Assembly: GCA_965261735.1 (NCBI GenBank)
Contig: OZ253470.1
Location: forward strand, 3,872,001 to 3,936,000
DNA: 64,000 nt
From: Alphaproteobacteria bacterium
GTDB lineage: Bacteria; Pseudomonadota; Alphaproteobacteria; SHVV01
Direction of reading: 5' to 3'
The translations under genes and the position numbers were made by a program. Every line of letters starts with the position of its first letter. Positions within the stretch are counted from its first letter, which is position 1. This document shows, in pieces, positions 33,631-46,343 of this stretch. The notes beneath the pieces were generated by a model. That model ran no database searches. It was given only the letters and a program-made list of their open reading frames with translations, and was not told the DNA's origin.

Positions 33631-34400
33631 TGGACTGGTCGGACGAAGGCGTGGTGCTGGCGGTGCGCAAGCACGGTGAGACGGCGGCCATCGTCAGCTT
33701 GCTGACGCGCGACCACGGGCGCCACGCCGGGCTCGTGCGCGGCGGTGTCGGGCGGCGGGCGCGCGGCACCCTCCAGCCCGGCAACGAGGTTCAGGCGACC
33801 TGGCGGGCGCGGCTCGCCGAGCACCTCGGTGCGTTCACCTGCGAGCTCGTGCGGGCGCGGGCGGCCCGCCTGCTCGACGATCCGCCGCGCCTGGCCGGCC
33901 TCGCCGCGGCGTGCGCGTTGGCGGAAGCGGTGTTGCCCGAGCGCGAACCCCATAACGCCGTATGGTCGGCGCTGGTGGCGCTGCTCGAGCGCATCGAGGG
34001 CGCGCAGGACTGGCCCGCCGATTACGTGCGCTGGGAGCTCGGCCTGCTCGCCGACCTCGGGTTCGGTCTCGACCTCAGCCGTTGCGCGGTGACCGGGGCG
34101 TGCGCCGGCCTCGCCTACGTCTCGCCGCGCACGGGCCGTGCCGTGTCCGAGGCCGCGGCCGGGCGCTGGCGTGAGCGGCTGCTGGCGCTGCCCGGCTTCC
34201 TCGCGCAAGGCGCTGGCGACAACCGCGAGGTCGCGGCGACGCCAGCCGACATCGCGGCAGGCTTGGCGCTGACCGGATTCTTCCTCGAAACCCACGTCCT
34301 GCAACCCGCAAGTGCCCGGATCCCGGCCGCCCGGCAACGACTTGTTGATCGGATTTCCGGAGAGGCTACTACATGTAGTGGTATAGTTGCCGATGAATGA
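33630..34400 (+). CDS. recO: DNA repair protein RecO
   Basis: [50 protein letters not shown]. Confidence 0.95.
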   Translation: MDWSDEGVVLAVRKHGETAAIVSLLTRDHGRHAGLVRGGVGRRARGTLQPGNEVQATWRARLAEHLGAFTCELVRARAARLLDDPPRLAGLAAACALAEAVLPEREPHNAVWSALVALLERIEGAQDWPADYVRWELGLLADLGFGLDLSRCAVTGACAGLAYVSPRTGRAVSEAAAGRWRERLLALPGFLAQGAGDNREVAATPADIAAGLALTGFFLETHVLQPASARIPAARQRLVDRISGEATTCSGIVADE

Positions 34401-34401
34401 C

Positions 34402-36612
<2,211 letters not shown>

Positions 36613-36649
36613 GGCGAGCGCCGCGGCGCTAGGCGTCCTCGGCCCGAGT

Positions 36650-37393
36650 CTAGCTCGCCAGAGCTGAGGCGGACATTGCGTGCCAACCGTCGGGGCCGAG
36701 GGCCTCAATAGCGGCGAAGCGGCGCTTGTACGCCATCTTTGGGCTCTCGGCGATCCAGTAGCCGAGGTAGAGGTGGCCGAGACCCTCGCGCCGCGCCGCA
36801 TCGAGGTGCCACAGGATCATGTAGGTGCCGGGGCTCGTCCGCGAGTCTTCGGGATCGAAGAAGCTATAGACCATGGACAGGCCGCCACCGACGCGGTCGG
36901 TGAGGCACACGCCGGTCAGGCTACCATCGGGCGCGCGATACTCGACGAGGAAGGTATCGAGCGGGCTGTCCTCGATCATCGCCCGGTATTCGGCGAAACT
37001 CATGCGTGCCATGTCGCCCTCACCGTGCCGCGTTTCTTGGTAGCGGCGGAATAGGCGGTATTGCTCGGGCGCGGCGATTGCCGGTGCGATGCACGCTCTA
37101 ATGCCGGCGTTACGGCGCCACACCGCTCGCATGTTCCGGCTTTGGCGAAACGCCTGCGCGTCGATGCGGACCGGAACGCACGCGCTGCAACCATCGCAGC
37201 TCGGCCGGTAGAGGATGTTGTGGCTGCGCCTGAAACCGGCCGTGGCCAGCAAATCGTGGATGGCATCGGCGTTGGGCTCGCAAGCCTCGAGCTCGGTGAA
37301 CACCTTGCGTTCGTCGCGCCCCGGGAGGTAGGGGCACGGCGTTGGCGGTGTCCTGTAGAAACGGCCCACTCGCAGCTTCGTGGTCGAGGTCAT
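36650..37393 (-). CDS. Arginyl-tRNA-protein transferase family (Ate/Bpt aminoacyl transferase)
   Basis: PCPYLPGR, GFRRS, YRPSC..C..C, VYSFFDP, YLGYWI..KMAYK. Confidence 0.9.
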   Translation of the reverse strand: MTSTTKLRVGRFYRTPPTPCPYLPGRDERKVFTELEACEPNADAIHDLLATAGFRRSHNILYRPSCDGCSACVPVRIDAQAFRQSRNMRAVWRRNAGIRACIAPAIAAPEQYRLFRRYQETRHGEGDMARMSFAEYRAMIEDSPLDTFLVEYRAPDGSLTGVCLTDRVGGGLSMVYSFFDPEDSRTSPGTYMILWHLDAARREGLGHLYLGYWIAESPKMAYKRRFAAIEALGPDGWHAMSASALAS

Positions 37394-37482
37394 GGCCGCT
37401 CCAGCATAACCGAAAGGCACGGTGACGGCCAAAGCGCGCGCGATGCCGGCGGCGCGCGGCCGACCCAGCCCATGCGCCGCCG

Positions 37483-38400
37483 CTAGTTCTTTTGGAGTGA
37501 GGGCGGCAGCACCGGCGCCTCGCGGATCAAGACCACGCTGATGCGCCGGTTCTGAGCGACGAAGGGGTCCTCCGGAACGAGCGGGTCGGTATTAGCCTTC
37601 CCCGTGACCCGGATGATCCGGTTGGGCGTGATGCCGCCGGCGACCAGGGCGCGGCGGCTCGCGTTTGCGCGGTCCGAGGAGAGTTCCCAGTTGCCGTACC
37701 CGCTTTGGGTCTGGAAGGGCGTCGCGTCGGTATGTCCGGAGATCGAGATCTTGTTAGGGAGCTTGGAGATCGCCTTGGCGATCTGCTTGATGAGCTGCTG
37801 CGTGCGCCCGGGCATCTTGGCGCTGCCGCTCGCGAACATCGAACCGCCCGAGCGATCGACGATCTGGATGCGCATGCCCTCGGGCGTCATATCGACCAGG
37901 ATATTGTCGCTTAACTCGTGAAGCTCTGGGCTTTCCTCGATCGCCTGGAGCAGCGCTGCCTGCGCCTGCTCGAACGCCTCCTGCTCCTCCTCCGCACGCA
38001 ACTTCTCGAGCGCGGAGGAGCCGGCTTTGCTTTCGCCCTGTCCGCCCGCCTGCCCCGGCGCCTTTGCGTCGGCGTCCGGCGCGCGCAGGGCGACCACGAC
38101 CGTGGCCGCCGAACTCGCGCTACGCCTGGCCCCGGGTGCGAAGCTCAAGCCGCCTAGCATGCCCCCCGATCCACCCGAGGAAAGGCTCGGCGGGGCGGGC
38201 GCGAAATAATCGGCGATGCCCTTGCGCTGATCTTCGGTCGTCGCGCCGAGCAGCCATAGAAGCAGGAAGAATGCCATCATGGCGGTAACGAAGTCAGCGT
38301 AGGCAACCTTTCAGGCGCCCCCGTGATGGCCTCCGTGGCCACCCTTCTTGACCTTCTTGACGATGATCTCGTCGCGGTTGGTCGCCGGCTTTTCGCTCAT
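37483..38400 (-). pseudogene. motB: Flagellar stator protein MotB with in-frame TGA at 38311-38313
   Basis: HGGA*KVAYADFVTAMMAFF (conserved Trp replaced by TGA); OmpA-like GHTD, NWELS..RA, NRR. Confidence 0.92.
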
Positions 38401-38421
38401 GACGGTATCGCGCGCCCCGGC

Positions 38422-39190
38422 CTACGCCGCCGGCGCCTCGGCCACGGCCTCCTCGAGCTCGGTAAAGGTCGGACGTTCATTGGAGAACAGTGTCTTGCGT
38501 GCGAATTCGATCGAAACGGCGGGCGCGTGGCCCTGGAGATGCGCCATGAGGCCTGCCTTGATGCACTGATAGTACTTTGAATCGGCGTCGCTATAGCCCT
38601 TGAGGTTGGCCCCAATGGGGCCGACGAGGCCGTACGCCAGAAGGATGCCGAGGAACGTTCCCACGAGCGCGCCTCCGATGAGGGCGCCGAGGACCTCGGG
38701 CGGCTCGTTGATGTGGCTCATCGTGATGATGACGCCGAGCACGGCGGCCACGATACCGAATGCGGGCAGGCCGTCCGACATCTGCGTGACCGCACCCGCC
38801 ATCTGTTCGCTCTCGGCGTGGTGTGTCTCGATGTCCTCGTCAATCAAGGCTTCGAATTCGTGCGGGTTGTCCGCGCCCATTGTGAGCAGGCGAAGATAGT
38901 CGCACAGGAATTCCACCGCGTGGTGGTTCTTGACGAACATCGGGTACTCGGCGAACAGGGCGCTGTCGTGCGGGTTCTCGACATGCGGCTCTAGCGCCAG
39001 CATGCCCTTCGCCTTGGCTAACCGGAAGATAGAATACAACAGGGTCAACAGCTCGACGTAGACGGCCTTGTTATGGGGCGCTCCCTTGAATACGCGCCCG
39101 AAGCTCTTGCCGACGCCAAAGATGACGTTTTTGGGGTTGGAGATGACGAACGCGCCGACCGCCCCCCCTCCGATAATAAGCAGCTCGAGC
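38422..39190 (-). pseudogene. motA: Flagellar stator protein MotA lacking the first ~30 codons
   Basis: Homology begins at LELLIIGGGAVGAF; PAFGIVAAVLG, ALVGTFLG, EFARK; no native start or first TM. Confidence 0.9.
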
Positions 39191-39285
39191 GCAAGTTGGG
39201 GCCTATCCGCTACTCTCCGCCGCGGCTAAACCCGTCAGGGCCCTGGCCTCGGCCACGATTCCGGCGTCAGGAACACAGACCATAT

Positions 39286-40542
39286 TTAGAGCGTTCGCAT
39301 TGTCTCGGCAACAGGTGAACGCCCGGTTGCCGCCAGCGTACTCAACAGCCGTGCCGCGAACCCGGCTGCCGCCAATCGCGCCATGATGTCATCGACATGC
39401 GCTGGGTCGCGCGTCTCCACGACGAGGTCGAGATCGGCCGACTTCACAGGCACGTCCGAGAACAGCCGCTGGTGGTAGACCTCGATGATATTGCCGCCGC
39501 TGTCGCCGATAACGCTGGCGACGAGTGCGAGCGTCCCGGGCGTGTCGCTCGATTCCACGCGCACCCGGACGATGCGCCCGTCGCGCACCAGGCCGCGCAT
39601 GATGACCGAGGCGAGGAGACGCGGGTCTATATTGCCGCCCGACAGGATGAGCCCGACCTCACGGCCGGAGAAGCGGCCGGGCTCACTTAGGAGTGCCGCC
39701 AGTCCCGCCGCGCCGGCCCCCTCGGCGACCGTCTTTTCGACCTCGAGATACAGGCCGACCGCGCGCTCGAGGTGCTCCTCGGTGACGAGGACGATATCAT
39801 CGACATGCGCCTCGATGAGGCGGCGCGTCAACTCTCCCGGTACCTCGACAGCGATACCGTCGGCGATCGTGGGGCCGCCCATGGGCAGTTCCGTGGCGTT
39901 CCGGGCGTTGTAGAGCGTGGGATAGAGGCGGGCCTCGACTCCGATAACCTCGATGTCGGGACTCAGGCCCTTGGCGGTGATGGCGCAGCCCGCGATGAGC
40001 CCGCCGCCGCCCACCGGCACGACGAGCGCTTCGAGGCCGGGATGTTCGGCGAGCATTTCCAGCGCCACGGTCCCTTGGCCCGCGATGACCTGCGCGTCGT
40101 CATAGGGGTGGACGAGCGTCAAGCCGCGGCTCTCAGCCAGAGCCAGCGCATGGCTAGCGGCGTCGCGCAGCGTCGCCCCCTCGAGCGCCACTTCGGCGCC
40201 AAATCCCTTGGTGTGCCTGACCTTCGTGAACGCCGTGTCGCGCGGCATCACGATCGTGGCCGGGATGCCGAGGCGCTCGGCGTGATAGGCGACGCCTTGG
40301 GCGTGGTTGCCGGCCGAAACCGCGATGACGCCGCGCTGCGCTGCGGTCGCGGTCAGGTTCTTGAGCTTGACCAGCGCGCCGCGCTCCTTGAAGGACGCGG
40401 TGAACTGGAGATTCTCGAACTTGATCGTGACCCGCGCGCCCGTGAGCTCCGACAGGGTGCGCGACAGGGTGCACGGTGTAGCGACGATACTGCCGGCCAA
40501 AGCCGCGGCCGCGGCCCGAACGTCGCTCAGCGTCACCGTCAT
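39286..40542 (-). CDS. Threonine/serine ammonia-lyase with C-terminal ACT domain
   Basis: ENLQFTASFKERGA, SAGNHAQG, PVGGGGL, SGGNID. Confidence 0.92.
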   Translation of the reverse strand: MTVTLSDVRAAAAALAGSIVATPCTLSRTLSELTGARVTIKFENLQFTASFKERGALVKLKNLTATAAQRGVIAVSAGNHAQGVAYHAERLGIPATIVMPRDTAFTKVRHTKGFGAEVALEGATLRDAASHALALAESRGLTLVHPYDDAQVIAGQGTVALEMLAEHPGLEALVVPVGGGGLIAGCAITAKGLSPDIEVIGVEARLYPTLYNARNATELPMGGPTIADGIAVEVPGELTRRLIEAHVDDIVLVTEEHLERAVGLYLEVEKTVAEGAGAAGLAALLSEPGRFSGREVGLILSGGNIDPRLLASVIMRGLVRDGRIVRVRVESSDTPGTLALVASVIGDSGGNIIEVYHQRLFSDVPVKSADLDLVVETRDPAHVDDIMARLAAAGFAARLLSTLAATGRSPVAETMRTL

Positions 40543-42947
40543 CCGCTACCAGCCGGCGCGCCGCCGGCCGGTACGAGGCGCAGTGTGCCTATGGCTCCGG
40601 CCTCGACCTCGTCACGCCGCGTCGTCATGGGCACGTATTCGAGGTTGCGCCACGGTCTCGCGAAGTTGCTGTATAGCGGCGATAGCCGGTTGCCGGACTG
40701 TCCGGTCGAATGGATGTACAGCGAGCGGTCGAGGTCGTCGAGGTCGTAGATGGCACGCATGCTGGCGCCGTGTACGTTCGCGAAAGGCGCCCCGCGGTCG
40801 CCGATTCGGTGTGCTCCGCGGTTGAGCGTGAAGCCGCCGCCACTCGACGGCAACTTGACGTCGAACACATTGCGCAGCAAAGGGATGAGCGTGAAGGGCT
40901 GATGCTTCATGTGAGCGTAGTGCGCGTCACCCCAACGCCACTTGTCGATATCGGCGCCATGCTCCTCGGTCAGCTCGCTAACCGTTAGATCGAGCGCCTC
41001 CGCGATCAGCGTGTTGCAACTTTCGCGTGCCGGTGTGGTGCGGTCGTCGCACCAGTCGGGCTTGCGCTTGAGGACGTCGAACATGAACAGCGGCCGCATG
41101 CGCCATGCATCGTCGAACAGTTCGCCGAACTCGTCGGCATAGGTCATACGGGTGAGGTTGCGGTACCAGGCCGCGAAGATCAGCGGCTCGGGCCGGTTGC
41201 GCTCCATGGCACCATCCCACTGCCTGAGCAACGCCCTCGCCTGGGCGCTCACCTCGCTCAAGGGCTCGGCCTCCAGCAGGAGCGGCAGGAAGTCGGTGGC
41301 CATGCGCGAGGTAACATCTCCCTGGGCGCTGGTGAAGCTGGCGATCGAATGGGTCGTGCGCGACGCCAAAAGCTCGTCGATCCGCCGCACCCGGTAGGCC
41401 GGCTCCCAGTCGTACGTGATGTGATAGGGGTAGTTGTCGGGCACGATCTTGTGGTTGGCGGTGGCGATGGCGCCGGACGGCGGATTGAAGCTGTGCGGCA
41501 ATTGGGTGAACGGAATGAACCCGACCCAATCGTAGTCGCCGGTCCAACCCGGCACCGGAATGATCCCGTTCACTCCGTTACCGGGCTTGCGCACCGGTAC
41601 GCGGCCCGGGGCGTAGAAGCCGATGGTACCGTCCCGGTCTGCGTAGACGATGTTCTGCTGCGGCGTCTCGTAGCCGGCGAGGGCGGCGACGAACTCGGCC
41701 CGGTTGGCCGCGCGTCCAAGGTCGAGGACGGCGCGCGGCGTTCCGTCGACGTCTCTGAGCGCCGTCCACGCCATGGCGACGACATGGCCCTCCTCGACCA
41801 CCTCTGCGAGCCGGGGTTGGGCATCCGACAGGACAGGACCGTGACGGCTCATGCGCACAACGAGCGGTATTTGCTCGCCACCCCGGACCCTGATGACCTC
41901 CTGGCGGACCTCGAACGGGCGCGGACCCTGGGGAGTCATGTAGCGGCTAGAGTCGGCCGCATCCAACTTCTCGATGAATAAGTCCTGTGCGTCGGTCGAC
42001 GTGTTGGTGAAGCCCCAGGCGATGTGCTTGTTGCGCCCGAGCAGCACCGCCGGCACGCCGGGCAGCGTGGCCCCGATGACATCGAGCCCCGGGGCGTTGA
42101 GGTGAGCGAAGTACCATACCGAGGGAACCGACAGTCCGAGATGGGGGTCATTGGCGAGCAGTGGCTTGCCGGTAGCGGTGCGGCTGCCGGCGACGACCCA
42201 GTTGTTGGAGCCGTTACCGGGATCGGGCGCTAGGGGCGCCGCGGCCGCCCACAGCCGGTCGAGCGCGGCGGCGCGGTAGAGGGGAGCCAGGTCCGAGTAC
42301 TTCACCGCGGCGCCCTCCGGGAACGCGGGAAAGAGATCGGCGATCTGTTCGTCGTCGAGCTGTTCGGTGAGGCGCGCGCGGAACAACTCGCTCGACCAGT
42401 TGCCGCTCAGCGACCACGCCATCATCTTGCTCCACACCAGCGAGTCTGCAGGCCGCCATGGCTCGGGCCGATGCTGGAGCATGACGAACTCTGGCGGTAG
42501 TGGGCCGCTCCGCGTCTCGAGGAAGGCGTTGACGCCGTCGGCGTAGGCGTCGAAGAAGCTGCGCGTCTCGGCGTCGAGATTGTCGTAGTTGCGCTCGGCG
42601 TATTCGTACACGCTCAGCGTACGCAGGAAACGGTCCGTGTCGATTCCGCGCGAGCCGATCACCTCGGCGATGCGGCCGGCGCCGATACGCCGGCTCAGCT
42701 CCATCTGCCACAGCCTGTCCTGGGCGTGAACGAAGCCGAGCCCGAAGAAGGCACCGGACTGCGACGCGGCATAGATGTGCGGAATACCGTGGCGGTCGCG
42801 CACGACCTCGACGGGCGCCTCGAGTCGGGGCACTGCGACGGTGCCGTTCAGCTTCGGCAGCGAGCCCAACAACCAAACGTAGGCGCCGCCGCCGGTAACG
42901 ACGATAAGGCCGACGAGGAGGACCAGCCCTCTAAGGAGCCAGCGCAT
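40539..42947 (-). CDS. Penicillin acylase family (S45) Ntn-hydrolase, membrane-anchored
   Basis: RDRHGIPHI, AQDRLWQM, G|SNNW nucleophile, ANDPHL, AWGFTN, GQSG. Confidence 0.92.
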   Translation of the reverse strand: MRWLLRGLVLLVGLIVVTGGGAYVWLLGSLPKLNGTVAVPRLEAPVEVVRDRHGIPHIYAASQSGAFFGLGFVHAQDRLWQMELSRRIGAGRIAEVIGSRGIDTDRFLRTLSVYEYAERNYDNLDAETRSFFDAYADGVNAFLETRSGPLPPEFVMLQHRPEPWRPADSLVWSKMMAWSLSGNWSSELFRARLTEQLDDEQIADLFPAFPEGAAVKYSDLAPLYRAAALDRLWAAAAPLAPDPGNGSNNWVVAGSRTATGKPLLANDPHLGLSVPSVWYFAHLNAPGLDVIGATLPGVPAVLLGRNKHIAWGFTNTSTDAQDLFIEKLDAADSSRYMTPQGPRPFEVRQEVIRVRGGEQIPLVVRMSRHGPVLSDAQPRLAEVVEEGHVVAMAWTALRDVDGTPRAVLDLGRAANRAEFVAALAGYETPQQNIVYADRDGTIGFYAPGRVPVRKPGNGVNGIIPVPGWTGDYDWVGFIPFTQLPHSFNPPSGAIATANHKIVPDNYPYHITYDWEPAYRVRRIDELLASRTTHSIASFTSAQGDVTSRMATDFLPLLLEAEPLSEVSAQARALLRQWDGAMERNRPEPLIFAAWYRNLTRMTYADEFGELFDDAWRMRPLFMFDVLKRKPDWCDDRTTPARESCNTLIAEALDLTVSELTEEHGADIDKWRWGDAHYAHMKHQPFTLIPLLRNVFDVKLPSSGGGFTLNRGAHRIGDRGAPFANVHGASMRAIYDLDDLDRSLYIHSTGQSGNRLSPLYSNFARPWRNLEYVPMTTRRDEVEAGAIGTLRLVPAGGAPAGSG

Positions 42948-43059
42948 GGATTAACCCTCCCTGGCGGTGGCTAACGGCCTGTATAGCACTAGATTTCGAG
43001 GCTCGAAACGGGCTTGCCGGCCGCGCCCGGGAGCCACAAGCATTTTCATGGCGCGAGTA

Positions 43060-44244
43060 TCATGGGGTCGAAGACGACGCCAGCTGCAGCTCCGCCAGGA
43101 GTGCGGCGCGATCGGCATTGAGCTCGGGGCTCGGGGCGCGCGTGTCGGGATCGGGGTAGTTCGACATTTTTACCGGATTGCCCGACATGCGCACCTCCCC
43201 GGCCCGCGGATCCGCGCACCGCACCACCATGTTGCGTGCGGCCACCTGGTGGTGCTCGACGACCTGCTTGATGTTGTTGATGGGTCCGCAGGGGACGCCC
43301 GCGTCGTCGAGCGCTTGGGCCCAATGCGCGCTCGTTTGCGTGCCCAGCGCCGCTTCCATCTCGACTTTCAGGGCTTCGGCATTGGCCGTGCGCGTCTCGT
43401 TGCTCGAGAAGCGCTCGTCATCAGCGAGCTCGGGCCGCCCCAGCGCTCGACCGAGATTCGCGAAAATGGCGTCGTTGCCCGCGGCGATGACGATGAAGTC
43501 GTCCTTGGTGGCGAAGCTCTCGAACGGGGTGATCGACGGATTGCGCGCGCCTTGCGGCCCCGGGATCTTGCCCGTCGCGAAGTATCGCGCGACGGCGTTC
43601 TCGCAGATTGCCACCTGGCAGTCGAGCATGCTGATGTCGAGCTTCACGCCCTCGCCCGACTGCGCGCGCCGAAAGAGCGCCGCGTTGATACCGATGGCAC
43701 TGAACAGGCCGGCCGTGATGTCGCCGACGGACGTGCCGACCCGCGCCGGCGGCATGCCGGGGTGGCCCGTCATGCTCATGACCCCGCCCATCGCCTGCAC
43801 GACGACATCGTAGGCGGGGCGCCCCGCATCGGGGCCGCTGTGGCCGAAGCCCGAGGCCGAGGCGTAGATCAGCGCCGGGTGCCGGGCGTGCAGCTCCTCC
43901 CAGCCGTAGCCCAGGCGCTCCATCGCCCCGGGCCGGTAGTTTTCTATCAGCACGTCGGCCTGCGCCAGCAGGGCCTCGAAGATACCTCGGTCGCCCTCGC
44001 TCTTGAGATCGAGGGCGATGCTCTCCTTGCCCCGATTGAGCGACATGAAGTAGGCCGACTTCCCGTTGACAAAGGGGCCGTAGTGGCGCGCGTCGTCGCC
44101 GCGCTCGGGCGCCTCGACCTTGATCACCCGCGCGCCGAGGTCGGCGAGCACCATGGTGCAGAAGGGACCGGCGAGCACGCGGGTGAGATCAAGGACAACG
44201 ACGCCACTAAGCGGGCCTTGAACCGAAGACGGCGCTAGAGCCAT
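43060..44244 (-). CDS. Family III (CaiB/BaiF) CoA-transferase
   Basis: LDLTRVLAGP, NRGKES, ENYRPG, SGFG..GP..YD, VGD. Confidence 0.92.
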   Translation of the reverse strand: MALAPSSVQGPLSGVVVLDLTRVLAGPFCTMVLADLGARVIKVEAPERGDDARHYGPFVNGKSAYFMSLNRGKESIALDLKSEGDRGIFEALLAQADVLIENYRPGAMERLGYGWEELHARHPALIYASASGFGHSGPDAGRPAYDVVVQAMGGVMSMTGHPGMPPARVGTSVGDITAGLFSAIGINAALFRRAQSGEGVKLDISMLDCQVAICENAVARYFATGKIPGPQGARNPSITPFESFATKDDFIVIAAGNDAIFANLGRALGRPELADDERFSSNETRTANAEALKVEMEAALGTQTSAHWAQALDDAGVPCGPINNIKQVVEHHQVAARNMVVRCADPRAGEVRMSGNPVKMSNYPDPDTRAPSPELNADRAALLAELQLASSSTP

Positions 44245-44367
44245 GGCACACCTGCCTCGAACCGACCGAAGGAACGCGCGCCGGGCGCGCTCTGGTTCAT
44301 AGCCGAGAGGGCGGCAACCGCGCAACGGGCGTGCGCCGGCGCGACTGCGGCTTAAGTGGCGGTGGCG

Positions 44368-45093
44368 CTAGTAGTGCTTGTAGGTGTGCCACTGCTGGTA
44401 ATAGAGATCACCTGTGTGCGCGCACGTGAAGCGCAACGCGTTCTGCTCGCGTGCGGTCGTGGCGTAGCGCGTAAACGCGATGGGTCCCAGGCTGCCGTGC
44501 TCCTCCTCGACGTGGGAGGCATGGACGGCGATCGATTGCAGGCCGTTCTCGCTGATGTCGTAGTTCTTGCGCAGGGCCTTCTCGACCCGGGCAAATATCT
44601 GCGGGTTGATGCGCTCGGCCGAGAACGACAGGGCGGCGACCGACTCGGCGAGCGAGCGCCGCGTCATCACGACCTCGAACCAGTGAGCGAGCGCCCAGGT
44701 TTCGGGCCGGATCTGCTCGGCGTCGCGGCGCTCGGGCGTCCAGCCGAGCTCGGTGAAGGTGCGCTCGAACAGCTCGACGTGGCCGGCCGTGCCCGACTCC
44801 GTGCCGAGCTCCTCCTCCATGAGGTTTTCGAGCAGCATGCGGCGCAGGTCCTCGTCCTGGCAGCGCGCGTACATGTCGCCAACGAGGATGTTCGTCGGAT
44901 TGGCCCAACAGGTGATCTGAAAGATCCAGCCCGCGATCTGCTCCCGCGTCACCTCGCCCTTCTCGAGGCCGAGGACCACCGGGTGGGTACGCCGATTACG
45001 AACCGGGTTGTCGAGAATCCCGTCGAGCTCGGCAACAAGATCGTCGATGCTGATCGCCTCATCGCGATAAGTCACGCCCACGGGTGCATGCAT
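44368..45093 (-). CDS. Heme-oxygenase-like diiron redox enzyme (PqqC/CADD/TenA superfamily)
   Basis: LENLMEEE...GHVELF, SAE, VHASHVEEEHG metal-ligand pattern. Confidence 0.8.
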   Translation of the reverse strand: MHAPVGVTYRDEAISIDDLVAELDGILDNPVRNRRTHPVVLGLEKGEVTREQIAGWIFQITCWANPTNILVGDMYARCQDEDLRRMLLENLMEEELGTESGTAGHVELFERTFTELGWTPERRDAEQIRPETWALAHWFEVVMTRRSLAESVAALSFSAERINPQIFARVEKALRKNYDISENGLQSIAVHASHVEEEHGSLGPIAFTRYATTAREQNALRFTCAHTGDLYYQQWHTYKHY

Positions 45094-45176
45094 TGTGTCC
45101 TCCCGTTGCAAGGGTTACGGCCAAGCCGGGCATGGGCGCCGCCTCCGCGCGCGATGGCTGCGGCGCCCCCGCCGGT

Positions 45177-46187
45177 TCAGCTTTTGGGGCTCGGGATGAA
45201 TTCGTTAGTATAGAAGTCCTCGGCCTTGGCACCCGCCTTTAGCACACCGGCTTCGACCATGGTCTCGACCGCCTTGGCCCAATCCGCGGGCGGCTGGAAG
45301 CCGAACGGCTTGCCTTGGGTGTTTTGGGTGTAGAAGAACGGGCGAAACGCCTCGAGCTGCTTTTTCAGATATTCTCGATCGAGCTTGGCCCCGGGGCGCG
45401 CCTTCTTGATAGCGTCCACCGCCTCATCCGCGTGACCGTCGAGCACGTATTCCCATGCCCTGAGCGATACCTCGACAAAGGCGCGCACGGCGTCCGGACG
45501 CTTCTTGATCACCTCCTCGCCCGCGATCAGACCCAGGCTCGGCGAGGGCAGTCCGTGATCGGCGAAGAGCAGGAAGCTCGACGGCCGCTTGGTCTCGATT
45601 AGCGGTACTGCGAAGGGTACCAGCGTGATGACGGCATCGGCTGCGCCGGCCGCGTAGGAGGCGACCTTCGCCTGCGCCGTCACGTACTGGAGATTGATCT
45701 TGTCCTTGCTCGTACCGCCGTTCTTGAAAAAGGCTTCAAGGAAGGGCTGATCGCCGCCGCCGGCGGTGGTCAGCACGGCTTTGCCTTCCAGATCCTTCAA
45801 GCTTTTGATGCCGGAATCCTTGGGCACGATGGCCCCGGCATCGTTCTTGCGCACGATTCCCGCGATCGCCTTGACCGGCATGCCCTTGTCGCGTCCCGGC
45901 GCCATCGCCGAGTGCATGGCGAATCCGACGTCGTAGCCGCCGGTGGCGACCATCTGAATGGTGACCGACGAGCCCGTGCCGTCATCGACCGTCACGTCGA
46001 GCCCGCGTTCCTTGTACCAACCCTTCTCGACCGCGAGGTGGAAGGGCGCATGCAGCATGTAGGCGACCCAGTCGACGCGCATGGTGAGCTTTTCGAGCGC
46101 CTGCGCGGGCGCCATCCCGCCTGTGGCCGCGAGGATCAGCAGGGCACCAAGCGTCAACATACCGGCAAAGCGCATAAGGCGTGGCAT
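45177..46187 (-). CDS. ABC substrate-binding protein, NMT1/THI5-like (no adjacent permease)
   Basis: Signal peptide; RVDW..HAPFHLAVEKGWY..GLDV..GTGS; DLEGK; FYTNEF. Confidence 0.88.
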   Translation of the reverse strand: MPRLMRFAGMLTLGALLILAATGGMAPAQALEKLTMRVDWVAYMLHAPFHLAVEKGWYKERGLDVTVDDGTGSSVTIQMVATGGYDVGFAMHSAMAPGRDKGMPVKAIAGIVRKNDAGAIVPKDSGIKSLKDLEGKAVLTTAGGGDQPFLEAFFKNGGTSKDKINLQYVTAQAKVASYAAGAADAVITLVPFAVPLIETKRPSSFLLFADHGLPSPSLGLIAGEEVIKKRPDAVRAFVEVSLRAWEYVLDGHADEAVDAIKKARPGAKLDREYLKKQLEAFRPFFYTQNTQGKPFGFQPPADWAKAVETMVEAGVLKAGAKAEDFYTNEFIPSPKS

Positions 46188-46343
46188 GGCAACCTCCCTT
46201 GGTCGCGGAGCGGCGCGCCGTTTCGTGCTGAGCCTCCGTGGGAAGGCGGACGAAAGCAAGCGCACCCTCCACTTCGCTACAGTGCGATCATGAACCCTTT
46301 TTCACGGCGGAGTCGAGCGCAACGCGAGCGTGCCGCGGCGAAC

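Noticed and set aside
38311-38313. TGA at a conserved Trp in motB as evidence for an alternative genetic code
   Set aside because: TGA ends many intact genes here (clpA, icmF, parC, glyA), Trp is TGG elsewhere, and motA is independently broken
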